From the IMG/VR virus record IMGVR_UViG_3300042894_007218: a stretch of DNA of 46,145 nucleotides, one strand, 5' to 3'. The first letter of the stretch is position 1. Every line of letters starts with the position of its first letter. The position numbers and the translations under genes are program-made. Below the pieces are notes generated by a model. That model ran no database searches. It worked only from the letters and a program-made list of their open reading frames with translations, and was not told where the DNA came from. This stretch comes from an uncultured virus (IMG/VR IMGVR_UViG_3300042894_007218). Its lineage: Duplodnaviria > Heunggongvirae > Uroviricota > Caudoviricetes. Shown here piece by piece: positions 17,879-27,916 of this stretch.

Positions 17879-20331
17879 TTAATTTCAAATTTTCTTATTG
17901 TAGTGGTCAATTTTTCGTTTACTACATATATATAATACATTCCAGATGATTTTTGTAAATTATCTACAAAAAATGCATTTATTCCTGGTTTTATTTCTAA
18001 ATCTTTATTTAATACTTCAGAGCCTTTTGTGTCTTTAATAATTAACTTTGAAGTTCCTACTAAATTTATATCATTTATTATGACTTGAAATTCACCTGAA
18101 GTCGGATTTGGAAATACTGAGAAATAACCTTCTGAACTAACACTACAATTTACATTGATTGGTCCATATTCTTTTGACTTACCATCTATATCAATTTGTA
18201 AAAGTTTATAGTAATTATTACCAGAAATTATATTTTCGTCTAAAACTGTATAAGATAGTTCTTGTGTTGAGTTACCTGCTGAACTAATACTTGTAAGTGT
18301 AGACCAATTCACACCATCTCTAGATTTCATAACTTTAAAGTAATCTGAATTATGTTCTGTTGCTGTTTTCCAATCTAATGTTACTGAACCATCTTTGCAA
18401 TTACCTTCAAAACTTAATAATTCTACTGGTAATGCTCCGTTTGTAATAATATTAAAAAATCTAACTTGAGTTCCGCAATTAGTAGAATTTGAGACCGTAA
18501 CTCTAACCGATCCATCTGTTGTTGTTTGAGGCCAATAAAACGATATTGATGGTGTATTTGAGTTTGGTATGTTTGTCCAAAATGGTGCTGTTATTGATTG
18601 TGTGTAAGCCCACTGATAAGTTGAATTTGCAACTGGTGTTATTGAATATGTCTCCTGTGTTCCTGCAATTATTGTGTTGTTTCCTGATACCGTTGAAACA
18701 AATCCGACTGATGGATTTACTGATATAGTTGTAGAAGTTGAATTTGAACATCCATTTGAACTAACAGATAATTGATATAATTGTGTTGATGTTGGTGATG
18801 CAAATGGACTTGGAGCCGATGGATTTGTTAATCCTGTTGATGGTGTCCAATTATATGTTATTGGTGATCCAGCAGGAAGACCTGTCACAGAACTAACTAA
18901 TTGAGTATTGGTTCCTGAACAAATAGTATTACTTACTGAAGAAACAGAAACATTTGGTGTTGGATTTACCGTGATGAACGTAGAAGCACATCCTGAACTA
19001 AATTGACTTCCGTTGAAGTTTCTTGCAAAATATGTTGTTGTGGTTGTTGGTGAAACACTGATAGAATTTCCAAATCCAATTTGAGTTATTCCACATCCAT
19101 TTACATACCAATAAACTGTACCAGATACACCATTAGCAGTTAATGTTGTTGATTGACCATTACACAAAATATTTTGAGTTGTAGAAATTGATGTGGGATT
19201 TGGTGGAGGTGGTGTAGCACAAGTTAAACCAATTGAAAATGGACTTGTACTACTATATCCATGAACTAATATGTAATAGTTTACACCTGGTGCGCCATAC
19301 CAACTATAAGACGCTGATGATGTAGAACAAACAGGACCCCAATCATCATTTCCACCAATACAAGTTAGTGATGAGCAATTAGGACCACTAAATACTGATA
19401 TTTTACTATCCCATGCTGTCGCACATAAGTTAGCAGTCATGTTTTGTCCGTTCCCTGCTACCACATACCAAACACCACCAGTTGTTTGACTAACACCACA
19501 AAAACCACCCATTTCACCTGTTCCTGTGTTTGTGGAGTTTACGGTCGTTCCAGCAATTGTTTGTCCACATACTATTGGTGTTGCATTACAGACTAAATCA
19601 TTTGATGGTGCTGCGGGAGCTGAACAGGAAAGACATTCAATTGTTGAAGTTCCACAGGATGATGCGGTTCCACAAGATGAGTTTGTGTTATAATGAATAT
19701 AATATGTTCCTGAAATCGGTGCCGTCCAAGTTAATGGTGAAAAACCTGCAGCAACTACCGTTCCATTATAAGATGTGTGTCTAACGGTGATATAACCTCC
19801 TAAATTATATGTCGATCTATATTGCCTACCTGAAACTACACTAAAAATAGTATTATATTCTGATTGGAATGTGCAAGAACTTATGGTTTGTAAACCTGGA
19901 ACTGATGGTGCTGTTAATGACCCATAAGCATATAGGTTTACACAACCTCCACCACCACCACCTGAACAACTACCAATACAAGTATGTCCTCCAAATGTTG
20001 AACCTCCAGTAGTTGGTTGTGTGGTATTTAAGAGAATTGTTCCTGTATTATTTCTAATTTGAACTCTCATTTCAGATGGATATATTCCTGCAGTTGTTCT
20101 CCATACTCTAATCGTTTGTCCCGATGATGCGGTAAAGTTAAATATTGCTGGTCCTAATCCTGAATTAAGTGTTATGTTGGTCAATACCGTTAGTCCATTG
20201 ACTGAAACTGATACAGCACCACCATTCCATCCATCACCCCAAGTGTCTGTAAGATATATTTGATGAGTGCAAGACTGTGAAAAAAAATATGATGACAAAA
20301 ACGTAAACAAAAAAATTAATAAGTTCTTCAT
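17875..20331 (-). CDS. large secreted multi-domain protein with T9SS type A C-terminal sorting domain
   Basis: Signal peptide; DTWGDGWNG, Ig-like repeats, LPVELLSF, VFPNPTSG...GMYYI tail. Confidence 0.9.
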   Translation of the reverse strand: MKNLLIFLFTFLSSYFFSQSCTHQIYLTDTWGDGWNGGAVSVSVNGLTVLTNITLNSGLGPAIFNFTASSGQTIRVWRTTAGIYPSEMRVQIRNNTGTILLNTTQPTTGGSTFGGHTCIGSCSGGGGGGCVNLYAYGSLTAPSVPGLQTISSCTFQSEYNTIFSVVSGRQYRSTYNLGGYITVRHTSYNGTVVAAGFSPLTWTAPISGTYYIHYNTNSSCGTASSCGTSTIECLSCSAPAAPSNDLVCNATPIVCGQTIAGTTVNSTNTGTGEMGGFCGVSQTTGGVWYVVAGNGQNMTANLCATAWDSKISVFSGPNCSSLTCIGGNDDWGPVCSTSSASYSWYGAPGVNYYILVHGYSSTSPFSIGLTCATPPPPNPTSISTTQNILCNGQSTTLTANGVSGTVYWYVNGCGITQIGFGNSISVSPTTTTTYFARNFNGSQFSSGCASTFITVNPTPNVSVSSVSNTICSGTNTQLVSSVTGLPAGSPITYNWTPSTGLTNPSAPSPFASPTSTQLYQLSVSSNGCSNSTSTTISVNPSVGFVSTVSGNNTIIAGTQETYSITPVANSTYQWAYTQSITAPFWTNIPNSNTPSISFYWPQTTTDGSVRVTVSNSTNCGTQVRFFNIITNGALPVELLSFEGNCKDGSVTLDWKTATEHNSDYFKVMKSRDGVNWSTLTSISSAGNSTQELSYTVLDENIISGNNYYKLLQIDIDGKSKEYGPINVNCSVSSEGYFSVFPNPTSGEFQVIINDINLVGTSKLIIKDTKGSEVLNKDLEIKPGINAFFVDNLQKSSGMYYIYVVNEKLTTTIRKFEIK

Positions 20332-20546
20332 TGCTAAAATACAATTTTAGTCTCACTTGAAGAATCCATATCAACATCTCTATCAACACACTGAAAACCC
20401 CCATCTACCATGGGCCGGTCGAGTTATAGAGTATATATAATCTATATCTCTGAAGATGTCTGTAATTTAAGACTAGATTATTATTCAATGGAATCTATTT
20501 ATAGTTCACTGTGGATTGATGAATATTTTTTTAAAATATATACGAT

Positions 20547-20864
20547 ATGAAACACATTGATTTTTTAAATCCTGACCATATTATTTTAGCTAATAAAAAA
20601 AGCTCTACATCGTATAAGCAATTTACAAAAGATATGAGATCTCGAAAATTTACTGATTTAAGAATGCTCGAAACAAAATCTGAATTTTATATTAGATATA
20701 ATTTAGACGGCAACAGTCTTTGGTATTTTTCTAATATTCTACAAAGAAGGGGAAAAGATTATTATATTGAATTAAATACTTTATCAAATGAGATGGTAAA
20801 TGAATTAGAAAAAAAATATATTCAATTAAATCGAGATGAAAAACTGAATAAATTATTCATATAA
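20547..20864 (+). CDS. hypothetical protein (C-terminal RDEKLNKL motif)
   Basis: ORF. Confidence 0.7.
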   Translation: MKHIDFLNPDHIILANKKSSTSYKQFTKDMRSRKFTDLRMLETKSEFYIRYNLDGNSLWYFSNILQRRGKDYYIELNTLSNEMVNELEKKYIQLNRDEKLNKLFI

Positions 20865-23087
20865 TGGAAAGTTCGGTAAGTATAATCTTGTAGTTGCGTT
20901 ATCTGCAAAAATTAAATACTTTGAATCATCTCTAATTATATACTGATTTAATAATTTATTATGAACCTCTTTTGGTATACATTCACTGAATAGTCTGACA
21001 TTCGTCAATTTCATATCCGATCCTAAAATTTCTGGATATCTTTCGATTTGATATTCGAATGTTGTCATTGATTGTGAATTTGTATACACTTCTTGTAGAA
21101 TTGTAGAAACTAAATTTGCGGCATCTTCTTCATATTCTACATTTCTTTTATATACATACTGAGAAATATTTTTAATTCTTTGATCGATATTTAGAACATA
21201 ACAATACCAAGTTTCTTCATTAAGTGCCGTACAGTCAAATGTTTGATTTAAGTTAAATGTATAAGTTGTTGCATTAGTTGTAACTAATATTTTATCATTT
21301 GTTAATTCTATTTTATAACCTAACTGATTTGCTTCGTCGTAATTATAATAGAAGTTATACATTTCATCTGGTATATAATTATTGATATTAAACCAAACAG
21401 TAAATGCTATATTTTCTGCAATTTGAAGCTGTGAATCTAAATTATGATATTTTACTGCGGTAGACCTATATTGAACTGACCCCATATCATAATGTGCTTT
21501 TGAAATAATAGTTGATGAATTTTCAATCAACTCTTTATCAATTGTTGCGCTATACTCTAATCTTATAGGATCCTTTGTTAGAGGTTTAAATTGTTGTTTA
21601 TTTGCAATTGATGCTTTGTCCTGTTGTTTTTCAATACCTATTAATTCATCAATAGTTGTATTTTTAGTAAGTTTATCAAGTGTATTTTTAATTTCAGTAT
21701 TTGCAACTTGAACATTTGCAGTTTTGTTGTATTTTTTCAGAATTAATTTATAATAAACCGCTGAGTTATTAAAGTTTCTAAATTGTTGCGCGTGATCAAC
21801 TGAATACATTCTATTTAGATTACAAAAGTAAAGAAAGTCTTCTTTTGCTGGTCTACGTTGAACTCCAAAAACTTCTTTGAATTGTTGTTTTGTAATATGT
21901 GCTTCCATAGTTTCAAATAGATTTAAATCAAATTGATTCATAACTATTTGAGAGTCTGGGAAATTATTTCCCTCAATCGATACTTTGATATCACCTTGGC
22001 ATACTACATTATATAATTGATATTCATTAAGTGTGTGGTCTTGGCCTTTTTTATCTGGGTCTGTTGCAAAGTAAATTACTTTATGTCCAAATACTTGTTG
22101 AGCATCACTAGAAAGTTTTTCTAAAAGTTTGACAGCTGTATTTTGAGCATATGGATTATATAGATTTGCCTTTTCATCATCGGTCATTGGTTTAAATGTA
22201 TTGATATCACATGCTGGTCCATTTCCACCACTTGAGTTTAAATTAGTGTTTGGTATAAAATTCCCATTTGCATCATAAATTCCATTTAAATTGGTTTGAC
22301 AACATTCTCTAATACCATATAGATTAGATTTAAAATAGTCTTTACTAACATTCTGAAAGTCACCAAGTAGATTAATATCTAAAACTGTAACATCTTGATT
22401 AGAATTATTTTCTATTTTATACTCAATTTGAAAAAATCTTATTGGATTTATTCTATTATTCTGTATATTTTCTTTAGTAAAGTATTCCCATCTTGACCAA
22501 CTTCTACTTGAATCTTGTGAGTATCTAAAAAAGACATCACAACCTGTAGGTAAAACACCTGGATGACTTGTTGAAATAACTTCTACCTCTGAAATAGAAA
22601 ATACTTTCAATATGTCTGTTGGTTTAATAATTTTAAATTCACCTTTTTTTACAACTACTGAACTACCATCACTAACAACCGGTCTATCTAAATCTCCAAT
22701 TAATTTGTATTCAAGTATTTTAATATTACCAATAGTTGAGATGCCTTTTCTAACCCATTTGATTTCTATATAAAGAGGTTCTGCTGGATCTAGTGGTGGT
22801 GAATTGTCAACAAATTTTTTTAAATCTAACCATTCTGACCAAGTAGTTCCATTATTTGAAAGTCTGTAATACGGAAGAACAAATCTTGTATCATTAATAC
22901 CTAAACTATCATAAGCAAAATTTGTTATTTTTGTAACACCTTGTAAATTTGGAAATTGTAAAATGTATTCGTCTCCCGGAGAAGAAAGAATTGGTGTGGC
23001 ATTAGCTGAACCAGTGGCCGCTAATAAGTCAAATATATCAGAAATTTCTAATCTACCTGTGCTGGTATCTTGAATGATATTATACAT
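20853..23087 (-). CDS. virion protein with a T4 gp14-like neck/head-completion domain
   Basis: QQVFGHKVIYF...RPAKEDFLYF...MYSVDH resembles gp14 (G.DV.Y, RP.EGDLIYF); LamG-like C-terminus. Confidence 0.55.
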   Translation of the reverse strand: MYNIIQDTSTGRLEISDIFDLLAATGSANATPILSSPGDEYILQFPNLQGVTKITNFAYDSLGINDTRFVLPYYRLSNNGTTWSEWLDLKKFVDNSPPLDPAEPLYIEIKWVRKGISTIGNIKILEYKLIGDLDRPVVSDGSSVVVKKGEFKIIKPTDILKVFSISEVEVISTSHPGVLPTGCDVFFRYSQDSSRSWSRWEYFTKENIQNNRINPIRFFQIEYKIENNSNQDVTVLDINLLGDFQNVSKDYFKSNLYGIRECCQTNLNGIYDANGNFIPNTNLNSSGGNGPACDINTFKPMTDDEKANLYNPYAQNTAVKLLEKLSSDAQQVFGHKVIYFATDPDKKGQDHTLNEYQLYNVVCQGDIKVSIEGNNFPDSQIVMNQFDLNLFETMEAHITKQQFKEVFGVQRRPAKEDFLYFCNLNRMYSVDHAQQFRNFNNSAVYYKLILKKYNKTANVQVANTEIKNTLDKLTKNTTIDELIGIEKQQDKASIANKQQFKPLTKDPIRLEYSATIDKELIENSSTIISKAHYDMGSVQYRSTAVKYHNLDSQLQIAENIAFTVWFNINNYIPDEMYNFYYNYDEANQLGYKIELTNDKILVTTNATTYTFNLNQTFDCTALNEETWYCYVLNIDQRIKNISQYVYKRNVEYEEDAANLVSTILQEVYTNSQSMTTFEYQIERYPEILGSDMKLTNVRLFSECIPKEVHNKLLNQYIIRDDSKYLIFADNATTRLYLPNFPLYE

Positions 23088-23134
23088 ATGTTATATATTA
23101 AAATTATTTATTCGCAAAGTTTTTTAACAAAAAA

Positions 23135-23166
23135 TTTGTAAAATCAACAATGTTGCTGTATCTTTG
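23135..23166 (+). promoter_or_regulatory. Bacteroidota-type promoter
   Basis: TTTG-N20-TATCTTTG. Confidence 0.7.
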
Positions 23167-23235
23167 TATAAATCTATCAAAGGATAGTAATTTAGAATAG
23201 TTCTAAATTGAATTGAAATAAAAAAAATAAAAACT

Positions 23236-24477
23236 ATGAATATTAAAGAAAAGTTCTTAGAGTTAACAAATCGAACTTATCCACACGGTACAGAAGAAGA
23301 ACTATTTCCAATTTTATTTAATACTGTTGATGGTCTTCAAAAAGACGAATTTGGAAACCTATTCATAAAAATAGGAGATAGTGATGTAATGTTTACTTCT
23401 CACTTAGACACTGCAACTTCTTCAAACACTCCCGTAAATCACGTTTTTGATGGTGATATAATCAAAACAGATGGTAAATCTATTTTAGGTGCTGATGATA
23501 AAGCTGGTGTAACAATTATGCTTTATATGATTAAAAACAACATCCCTGGTCTTTATTACTTTTTCTTAGGTGAAGAAGTTGGATGTATTGGTTCAAAAAA
23601 AGTGGCTAACGTTCAAAAAGAAAACAAAATAGAAGGTATCAATAAAGTAATTTCATTTGACCGCAGAGGTACTAATTCGGTTATTACTTTTCAAAGTGGT
23701 AAAAGATGTTGTTCAGATAACTTTGGTAAAACACTTGCTGCTCAATTAAATCAAGCTGATGGTAGTTTTATGTATGAAAACGATCCTACTGGTGTTTTGA
23801 CTGACTCTATTCAGTTTATCAATATTTATTCAGAATGTACAAACATTTCGGTTGGTTATCAATCTGAACACACTTATTCTGAAACTCAGAATATCAAACA
23901 CTTGGAAAAATTGGCTGAGGCTTGTTTGAAAGTTGATTGGAATTCACTTCCTGTTGAGAGAGATCCATCTAAAATTGAATATAAGTCTTATGGTGGATAT
24001 AGTGGATATCCAGGATGGGATGATGATGATTACTATGGTTACGGATATGGTTCTAGAGGACAAGTAAAAGGATATTCGACTTATAACAACTGGGGTTCTA
24101 TCACTAAACCGGTAAATAAAACAGAAAATATTTGGTTTCATGACCGTAAGTTTAACTATGTTTCTAAAATTGAAATTGATGAACTTACTAAAAAAGTGGT
24201 TTCAGTTGACCTTTGTAAAGAAAGAATTGCTGATGAAAAGTTAATCATTGACAGTTTAATCAAATCTTTGGATGTAGACTACAAAAGCAGTCAATGGGAT
24301 GGTTTCAAATATGTTCTAACATATGAAAGTAACTATTCTACTGAGTGTGACCGGAATGACTTGATTGAATATCTACCTGAATTAGACTATTCAAAAATTG
24401 AAGAATTAGGTGATGTTCCAAATGATATGTTTGATACAGATGCTTATTTAGATATGTGTGATGGATTTTATGACTAA
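23236..24477 (+). CDS. M20/M28-family zinc peptidase-like protein
   Basis: SHLDT, GADDKAG, GEEVG, late His (EHT) metal ligands. Confidence 0.85.
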   Translation: MNIKEKFLELTNRTYPHGTEEELFPILFNTVDGLQKDEFGNLFIKIGDSDVMFTSHLDTATSSNTPVNHVFDGDIIKTDGKSILGADDKAGVTIMLYMIKNNIPGLYYFFLGEEVGCIGSKKVANVQKENKIEGINKVISFDRRGTNSVITFQSGKRCCSDNFGKTLAAQLNQADGSFMYENDPTGVLTDSIQFINIYSECTNISVGYQSEHTYSETQNIKHLEKLAEACLKVDWNSLPVERDPSKIEYKSYGGYSGYPGWDDDDYYGYGYGSRGQVKGYSTYNNWGSITKPVNKTENIWFHDRKFNYVSKIEIDELTKKVVSVDLCKERIADEKLIIDSLIKSLDVDYKSSQWDGFKYVLTYESNYSTECDRNDLIEYLPELDYSKIEELGDVPNDMFDTDAYLDMCDGFYD

Positions 24478-24488
24478 AATTTTGTGAT

Positions 24489-24689
24489 ATGGAGATTATA
24501 AAAGATAAATGGATTGCAACAAAAGCAAGATATTGTAAAGTGAAATATCACAATAAACACTTTAGAAGATTTCACTACGTTTCTATGGGTAGAAGCGTTG
24601 ATGTACTTTGGCTTGCATCTGATAGGTCTTTTCTTCCGGAGACACTTGAAAAGGTATTAGAAAGTGAATTTCAAAAAAAAGTCGGGTAG
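24489..24689 (+). CDS. hypothetical protein
   Basis: ORF followed by hairpin at about 24677-24700. Confidence 0.6.
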   Translation: MEIIKDKWIATKARYCKVKYHNKHFRRFHYVSMGRSVDVLWLASDRSFLPETLEKVLESEFQKKVG

Positions 24690-24859
24690 TTCCGACTTTT
24701 TTATTATATTTGTACTATGTTACTATCAAAGATTAAAAAATTAAAACAAAAAAATAAACTCAAAGATAAAATCTTTAAAGAGTATGAACTGGCTATAGAA
24801 AACAAAGACTTTGTGCGTAGTGGTATTTTATCAAAAAGATTTTTAAAACTAAAATAATT

Positions 24860-25345
24860 ATGACAATTGCTGATTTAAAATTGAAAATTGATGAAAAACA
24901 AAAATCATCAAATATATTACGTAAACAGTTAGGTAAGATTCATCAAGAGTTAGACGAATTAAGAAATCAATTTAATCAACTTGAAATGGAAGAGTTTGTA
25001 AATTATTTACAAATTGGTGAAGTTATTGAATTTGATAGTTACTTTTCATTAAAAGGTTTTTGCAAAGATCCTAAAGCTACTAATTCATTTCAATCTGGTG
25101 AAAAGATTAAAATTATAAAAAAGAATAAAAAATCAATTGTTATTGAGGTGGTTAAAAAGTTTCAACGAAGATGGGATGATGTACAAAAGAAATCGGTTGT
25201 TATTGGTGAAACAAATCCAGGTTGGAATATAAGAGTTGATTTAGATTCATTTTTTCACTTTTATCTAAGAAGTAAAACAATGAAAAACACATTTGATTCT
25301 TATATCAAAAGAAAACATGCATTAGATAGTTTATTTGATGAATAA
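24860..25345 (+). CDS. hypothetical protein with N-terminal coiled coil
   Basis: ORF. Confidence 0.75.
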   Translation: MTIADLKLKIDEKQKSSNILRKQLGKIHQELDELRNQFNQLEMEEFVNYLQIGEVIEFDSYFSLKGFCKDPKATNSFQSGEKIKIIKKNKKSIVIEVVKKFQRRWDDVQKKSVVIGETNPGWNIRVDLDSFFHFYLRSKTMKNTFDSYIKRKHALDSLFDE

Positions 25346-25769
25346 AGAAGTTGAAATATTAAAGATAGGTAGTATTCTACCGGTGATGCCTATAAAAGGA
25401 ACCAGAGTGTATGATACCTCTCAGTTTAAAAACAAACAAACTATTATGGTTGTTTATGATGGTGGTGAACTTTTTGATTACTATATTGGTATTTTAAGAA
25501 AGAATTGTGATGAATATGTCTATCAAAAAACTGCTAAGTCTATTATAGGAAAACCTCATACTTTTAAATTTAATGATGATACGCTAAAAGGTATCACGGA
25601 TGGTGATCCAATAGTTGGTCAATCTTATACTATTGGTAATTCAAGTTGGTATACTTCTACAGTGAAAAAAATAATAGATGATTGTATTCTTATTACAAAA
25701 AATTCTGTTTATGCTATTCATAATCTGTCTGATGTAAGAGATAGAAAATTAAATGATTTGGGGTTTTAA
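25335..25769 (+). CDS. hypothetical protein (C-terminal RDRKLNDL motif)
   Basis: ORF. Confidence 0.75.
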   Translation: MMNKEVEILKIGSILPVMPIKGTRVYDTSQFKNKQTIMVVYDGGELFDYYIGILRKNCDEYVYQKTAKSIIGKPHTFKFNDDTLKGITDGDPIVGQSYTIGNSSWYTSTVKKIIDDCILITKNSVYAIHNLSDVRDRKLNDLGF

Positions 25770-25779
25770 TATATACCTT

Positions 25780-26145
25780 ATGAAGCATATTAAACCAATT
25801 AATGAATTTACAAGAACGATAGGGTTTAGATATTCTGAGCCGGCTATTGGATACAGAGCAATTCTATTTTGTGTTGGTAAATTAAGTAAAAACTCATTTT
25901 TGCAATTATTGAATTTTTCAGAAATTAAAAATGAAAAAGTAAAAATATCTAAGGAAGAAAATAAAGTCAATACTGAAGAAGGTGAAATTGAAACAGATTT
26001 AGTTATTGAATTTGACTTTTTTGTTTATAGTGAACAGGAGTTAGAAAGAATAGTTGAAGATGTTAGAAATGGTCTACAAAGAGAATTTAATGTTCAGACT
26101 TTTGATTTCTTACTTAAAGAACTTCCTAAGTTAAAAAAGAAATAA
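25780..26145 (+). CDS. hypothetical protein; start corrected to MKHIKPINEF
   Basis: ATG at 25780 follows AATATATA and gives the shared N-terminal motif. Confidence 0.75.
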   Translation: MKHIKPINEFTRTIGFRYSEPAIGYRAILFCVGKLSKNSFLQLLNFSEIKNEKVKISKEENKVNTEEGEIETDLVIEFDFFVYSEQELERIVEDVRNGLQREFNVQTFDFLLKELPKLKKK

Positions 26146-26150
26146 TATTG

Positions 26151-26909
26151 ATGAGATTTCTGAAAGGTTTCAATGAGGCGGTTGGAATAGTCAACTTAGG
26201 TTCTAATATCTCTCAAGAGAGAATTCCTAATCTACAACACGTTGGTGAGCCAATTGAAGATGGTGATAATATTTCAATATTTCAACAAGACTGGTTTGAA
26301 AAGTTATTACCTGATACTATAAAAGTACACTCACATCCAAATCTAAAAAAACTCAATTTTGATCAAAGTTTGACTAATATTGATACTGAGAATAAGACTT
26401 ATGTTCTTAAAAAGAATGATTGTACTATTGATGGTGATTTAGTACAATTTAATTACCACCAAAATACTTATGATAAACCAGAAGATATAGTTGATGATGG
26501 TGAGCCAGATATGTTAGAGTTTGATATACATTTTGTTAAAAATGATAGAGGAATAAAACTATTAGTAGATATTACTTATGGTGATAACATGGCTTATGAG
26601 TTTTCAATTGAGACACCTAATAAAATTAACATAATACACTATACCGGAAAAGGTTCGATGTATGATAGTGAAACACATTGGGGTTTCTGCGAGGATACTA
26701 TTAAAGATTTAGTCAAATTCTTTAATGCTTTTAATCATGGAATTAACATTACTGAAGAAGACTTTAATTTTTTAGATTCTGATAAAGAAAGCTACCAGCA
26801 TAATACACACGACCAAAAGCACCTTTATAATGATGAATCAGATTTAGTAAGATTTGGAAATTCATCAAAGGTAAAAAGTTTTGAAAGTTTTATTAAAAAA
26901 ACTTTGTAA
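26151..26909 (+). CDS. hypothetical protein, paralog of 10883-11446
   Basis: MRFLKGFNE start; blocks shared with 10883-11446. Confidence 0.8.
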   Translation: MRFLKGFNEAVGIVNLGSNISQERIPNLQHVGEPIEDGDNISIFQQDWFEKLLPDTIKVHSHPNLKKLNFDQSLTNIDTENKTYVLKKNDCTIDGDLVQFNYHQNTYDKPEDIVDDGEPDMLEFDIHFVKNDRGIKLLVDITYGDNMAYEFSIETPNKINIIHYTGKGSMYDSETHWGFCEDTIKDLVKFFNAFNHGINITEEDFNFLDSDKESYQHNTHDQKHLYNDESDLVRFGNSSKVKSFESFIKKTL

Positions 26910-26933
26910 AATAAAAACTTTTTTCTATTTTTG
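26903..26933 (+). promoter_or_regulatory. Bacteroidota-type promoter for leader 5
   Basis: TTTG-N19-TATTTTTG. Confidence 0.65.
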
Positions 26934-26981
26934 TATAGAAAATTGACAAATAGAGAAAAATAATTCAATATATAATTAACA

Positions 26982-27074
26982 ATGAAAAACGTAATTGTAA
27001 ATATCGTAGTAAATCAACAACCGCAGGATCAGGATCCAGTCGGAGTGACTAACTATGTTTTTACATTGAGTTAA
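26982..27074 (+). CDS. attenuator leader peptide 5 (MKNVIVNIVVNQQPQDQDPVGVTNYVFTLS)
   Basis: QQPQDQDP run precedes Asp/Pro/Gln tRNAs; antiterminator 27046-27054. Confidence 0.88.
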   Translation: MKNVIVNIVVNQQPQDQDPVGVTNYVFTLS

Positions 27075-27094
27075 GATATTAACAAATAAATTGT

Positions 27095-27129
27095 AAACCC
27101 GGTTAGTCAAAAACTAATCGGGTTTTTTT
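27095..27129 (+). terminator. intrinsic terminator (attenuator 5)
   Basis: AAACCCGGTTAGT/ACTAATCGGGTTT plus T7. Confidence 0.9.
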
Positions 27130-27136
27130 GTTTTTA

Positions 27137-27208
27137 GGTCTATTAGGGTAGTGGTTATCCTTCCTCACTGTCTATGAGGAGACGCGAGTTCGATTCTCGC
27201 ATAGACCG
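27137..27208 (+). tRNA. tRNA-Asp(GTC)
   Basis: cctca CT GTC TA tgagg; G73. Confidence 0.92.
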
Positions 27209-27272
27209 CACAAAGTAACTGTTTGGCGGTGAAAGTACTCTTTAGAGAATAGAGTAAAATAATTCTCAAAAA

Positions 27273-27346
27273 CTAGGTGTAGCTCAGTTTGGTAGAGCGG
27301 GGAGTTTGGGACTCTCAGGCCGCAGGTTCGAACCCTGTCACTTAGA
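27273..27346 (+). tRNA. tRNA-Pro(TGG)
   Basis: gggag TT TGG GA ctctc. Confidence 0.92.
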
Positions 27347-27354
27347 CTTAAAAT

Positions 27355-27429
27355 TGTCCTGTAGTGAAATTGGCATCACGTATCATTTTGGCTGATAAGT
27401 TTGAGGTTCGAACCCTCACAGGACAACCA
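27355..27429 (+). tRNA. tRNA-Gln(TTG)
   Basis: tatca TT TTG GC tgata; U1-A72; encoded CCA. Confidence 0.92.
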
Positions 27430-27456
27430 GATATAAGACCTTCCGAGGAAAGACCT

Positions 27457-27849
27457 TTAACTTTCAGAAATCTCAATCCACCTTCCATCTGATAAAAATT
27501 GAAACTTTCCAATAAAATGATAACGATTTCCCCATTCCTCTGGTGATATTATTGAAAGAAATTCTTCGGTTTCTTTTTGGTATAGATAGTATGATTGACC
27601 CGGTATTGGTTGAAAATTATGTTTAGCTAAATATAATCTTTCATTAATTGAAATTTCATTCATTAATTTTTGATATTCTTTTTGTATTTCTTCATACTTT
27701 GAGGTGTAGTGATGTTTTAATTTATTGGTTTTTTCAATTTTAAAAAGAGTGATATCATCTGGTGAAAATTTTTGAGAACCAATTTCAGTTGGATAAGATT
27801 TTAATCTTCTATCTGGAACATAAGAATCAGGAAGGTTTTTTTCAGTCAT
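27457..27849 (-). CDS. DUF2452-like protein
   Basis: YPTEIG...AKHNFQPIPGQSYYLY...LSIISPEEW (recalled family pattern). Confidence 0.7.
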   Translation of the reverse strand: MTEKNLPDSYVPDRRLKSYPTEIGSQKFSPDDITLFKIEKTNKLKHHYTSKYEEIQKEYQKLMNEISINERLYLAKHNFQPIPGQSYYLYQKETEEFLSIISPEEWGNRYHFIGKFQFLSDGRWIEISES

Positions 27850-27916
27850 ACCATTATTATAGTCTAAATTTAAATAAAGATTAAAACTTTTTATTTATTT
27901 AAGTAATATATATTAT

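Noticed and set aside
27210..27270. Possible extra tRNA between Asp and Pro
   Set aside because: Only a small TACTCT/AGAGTA hairpin; no T-arm or acceptor stem.
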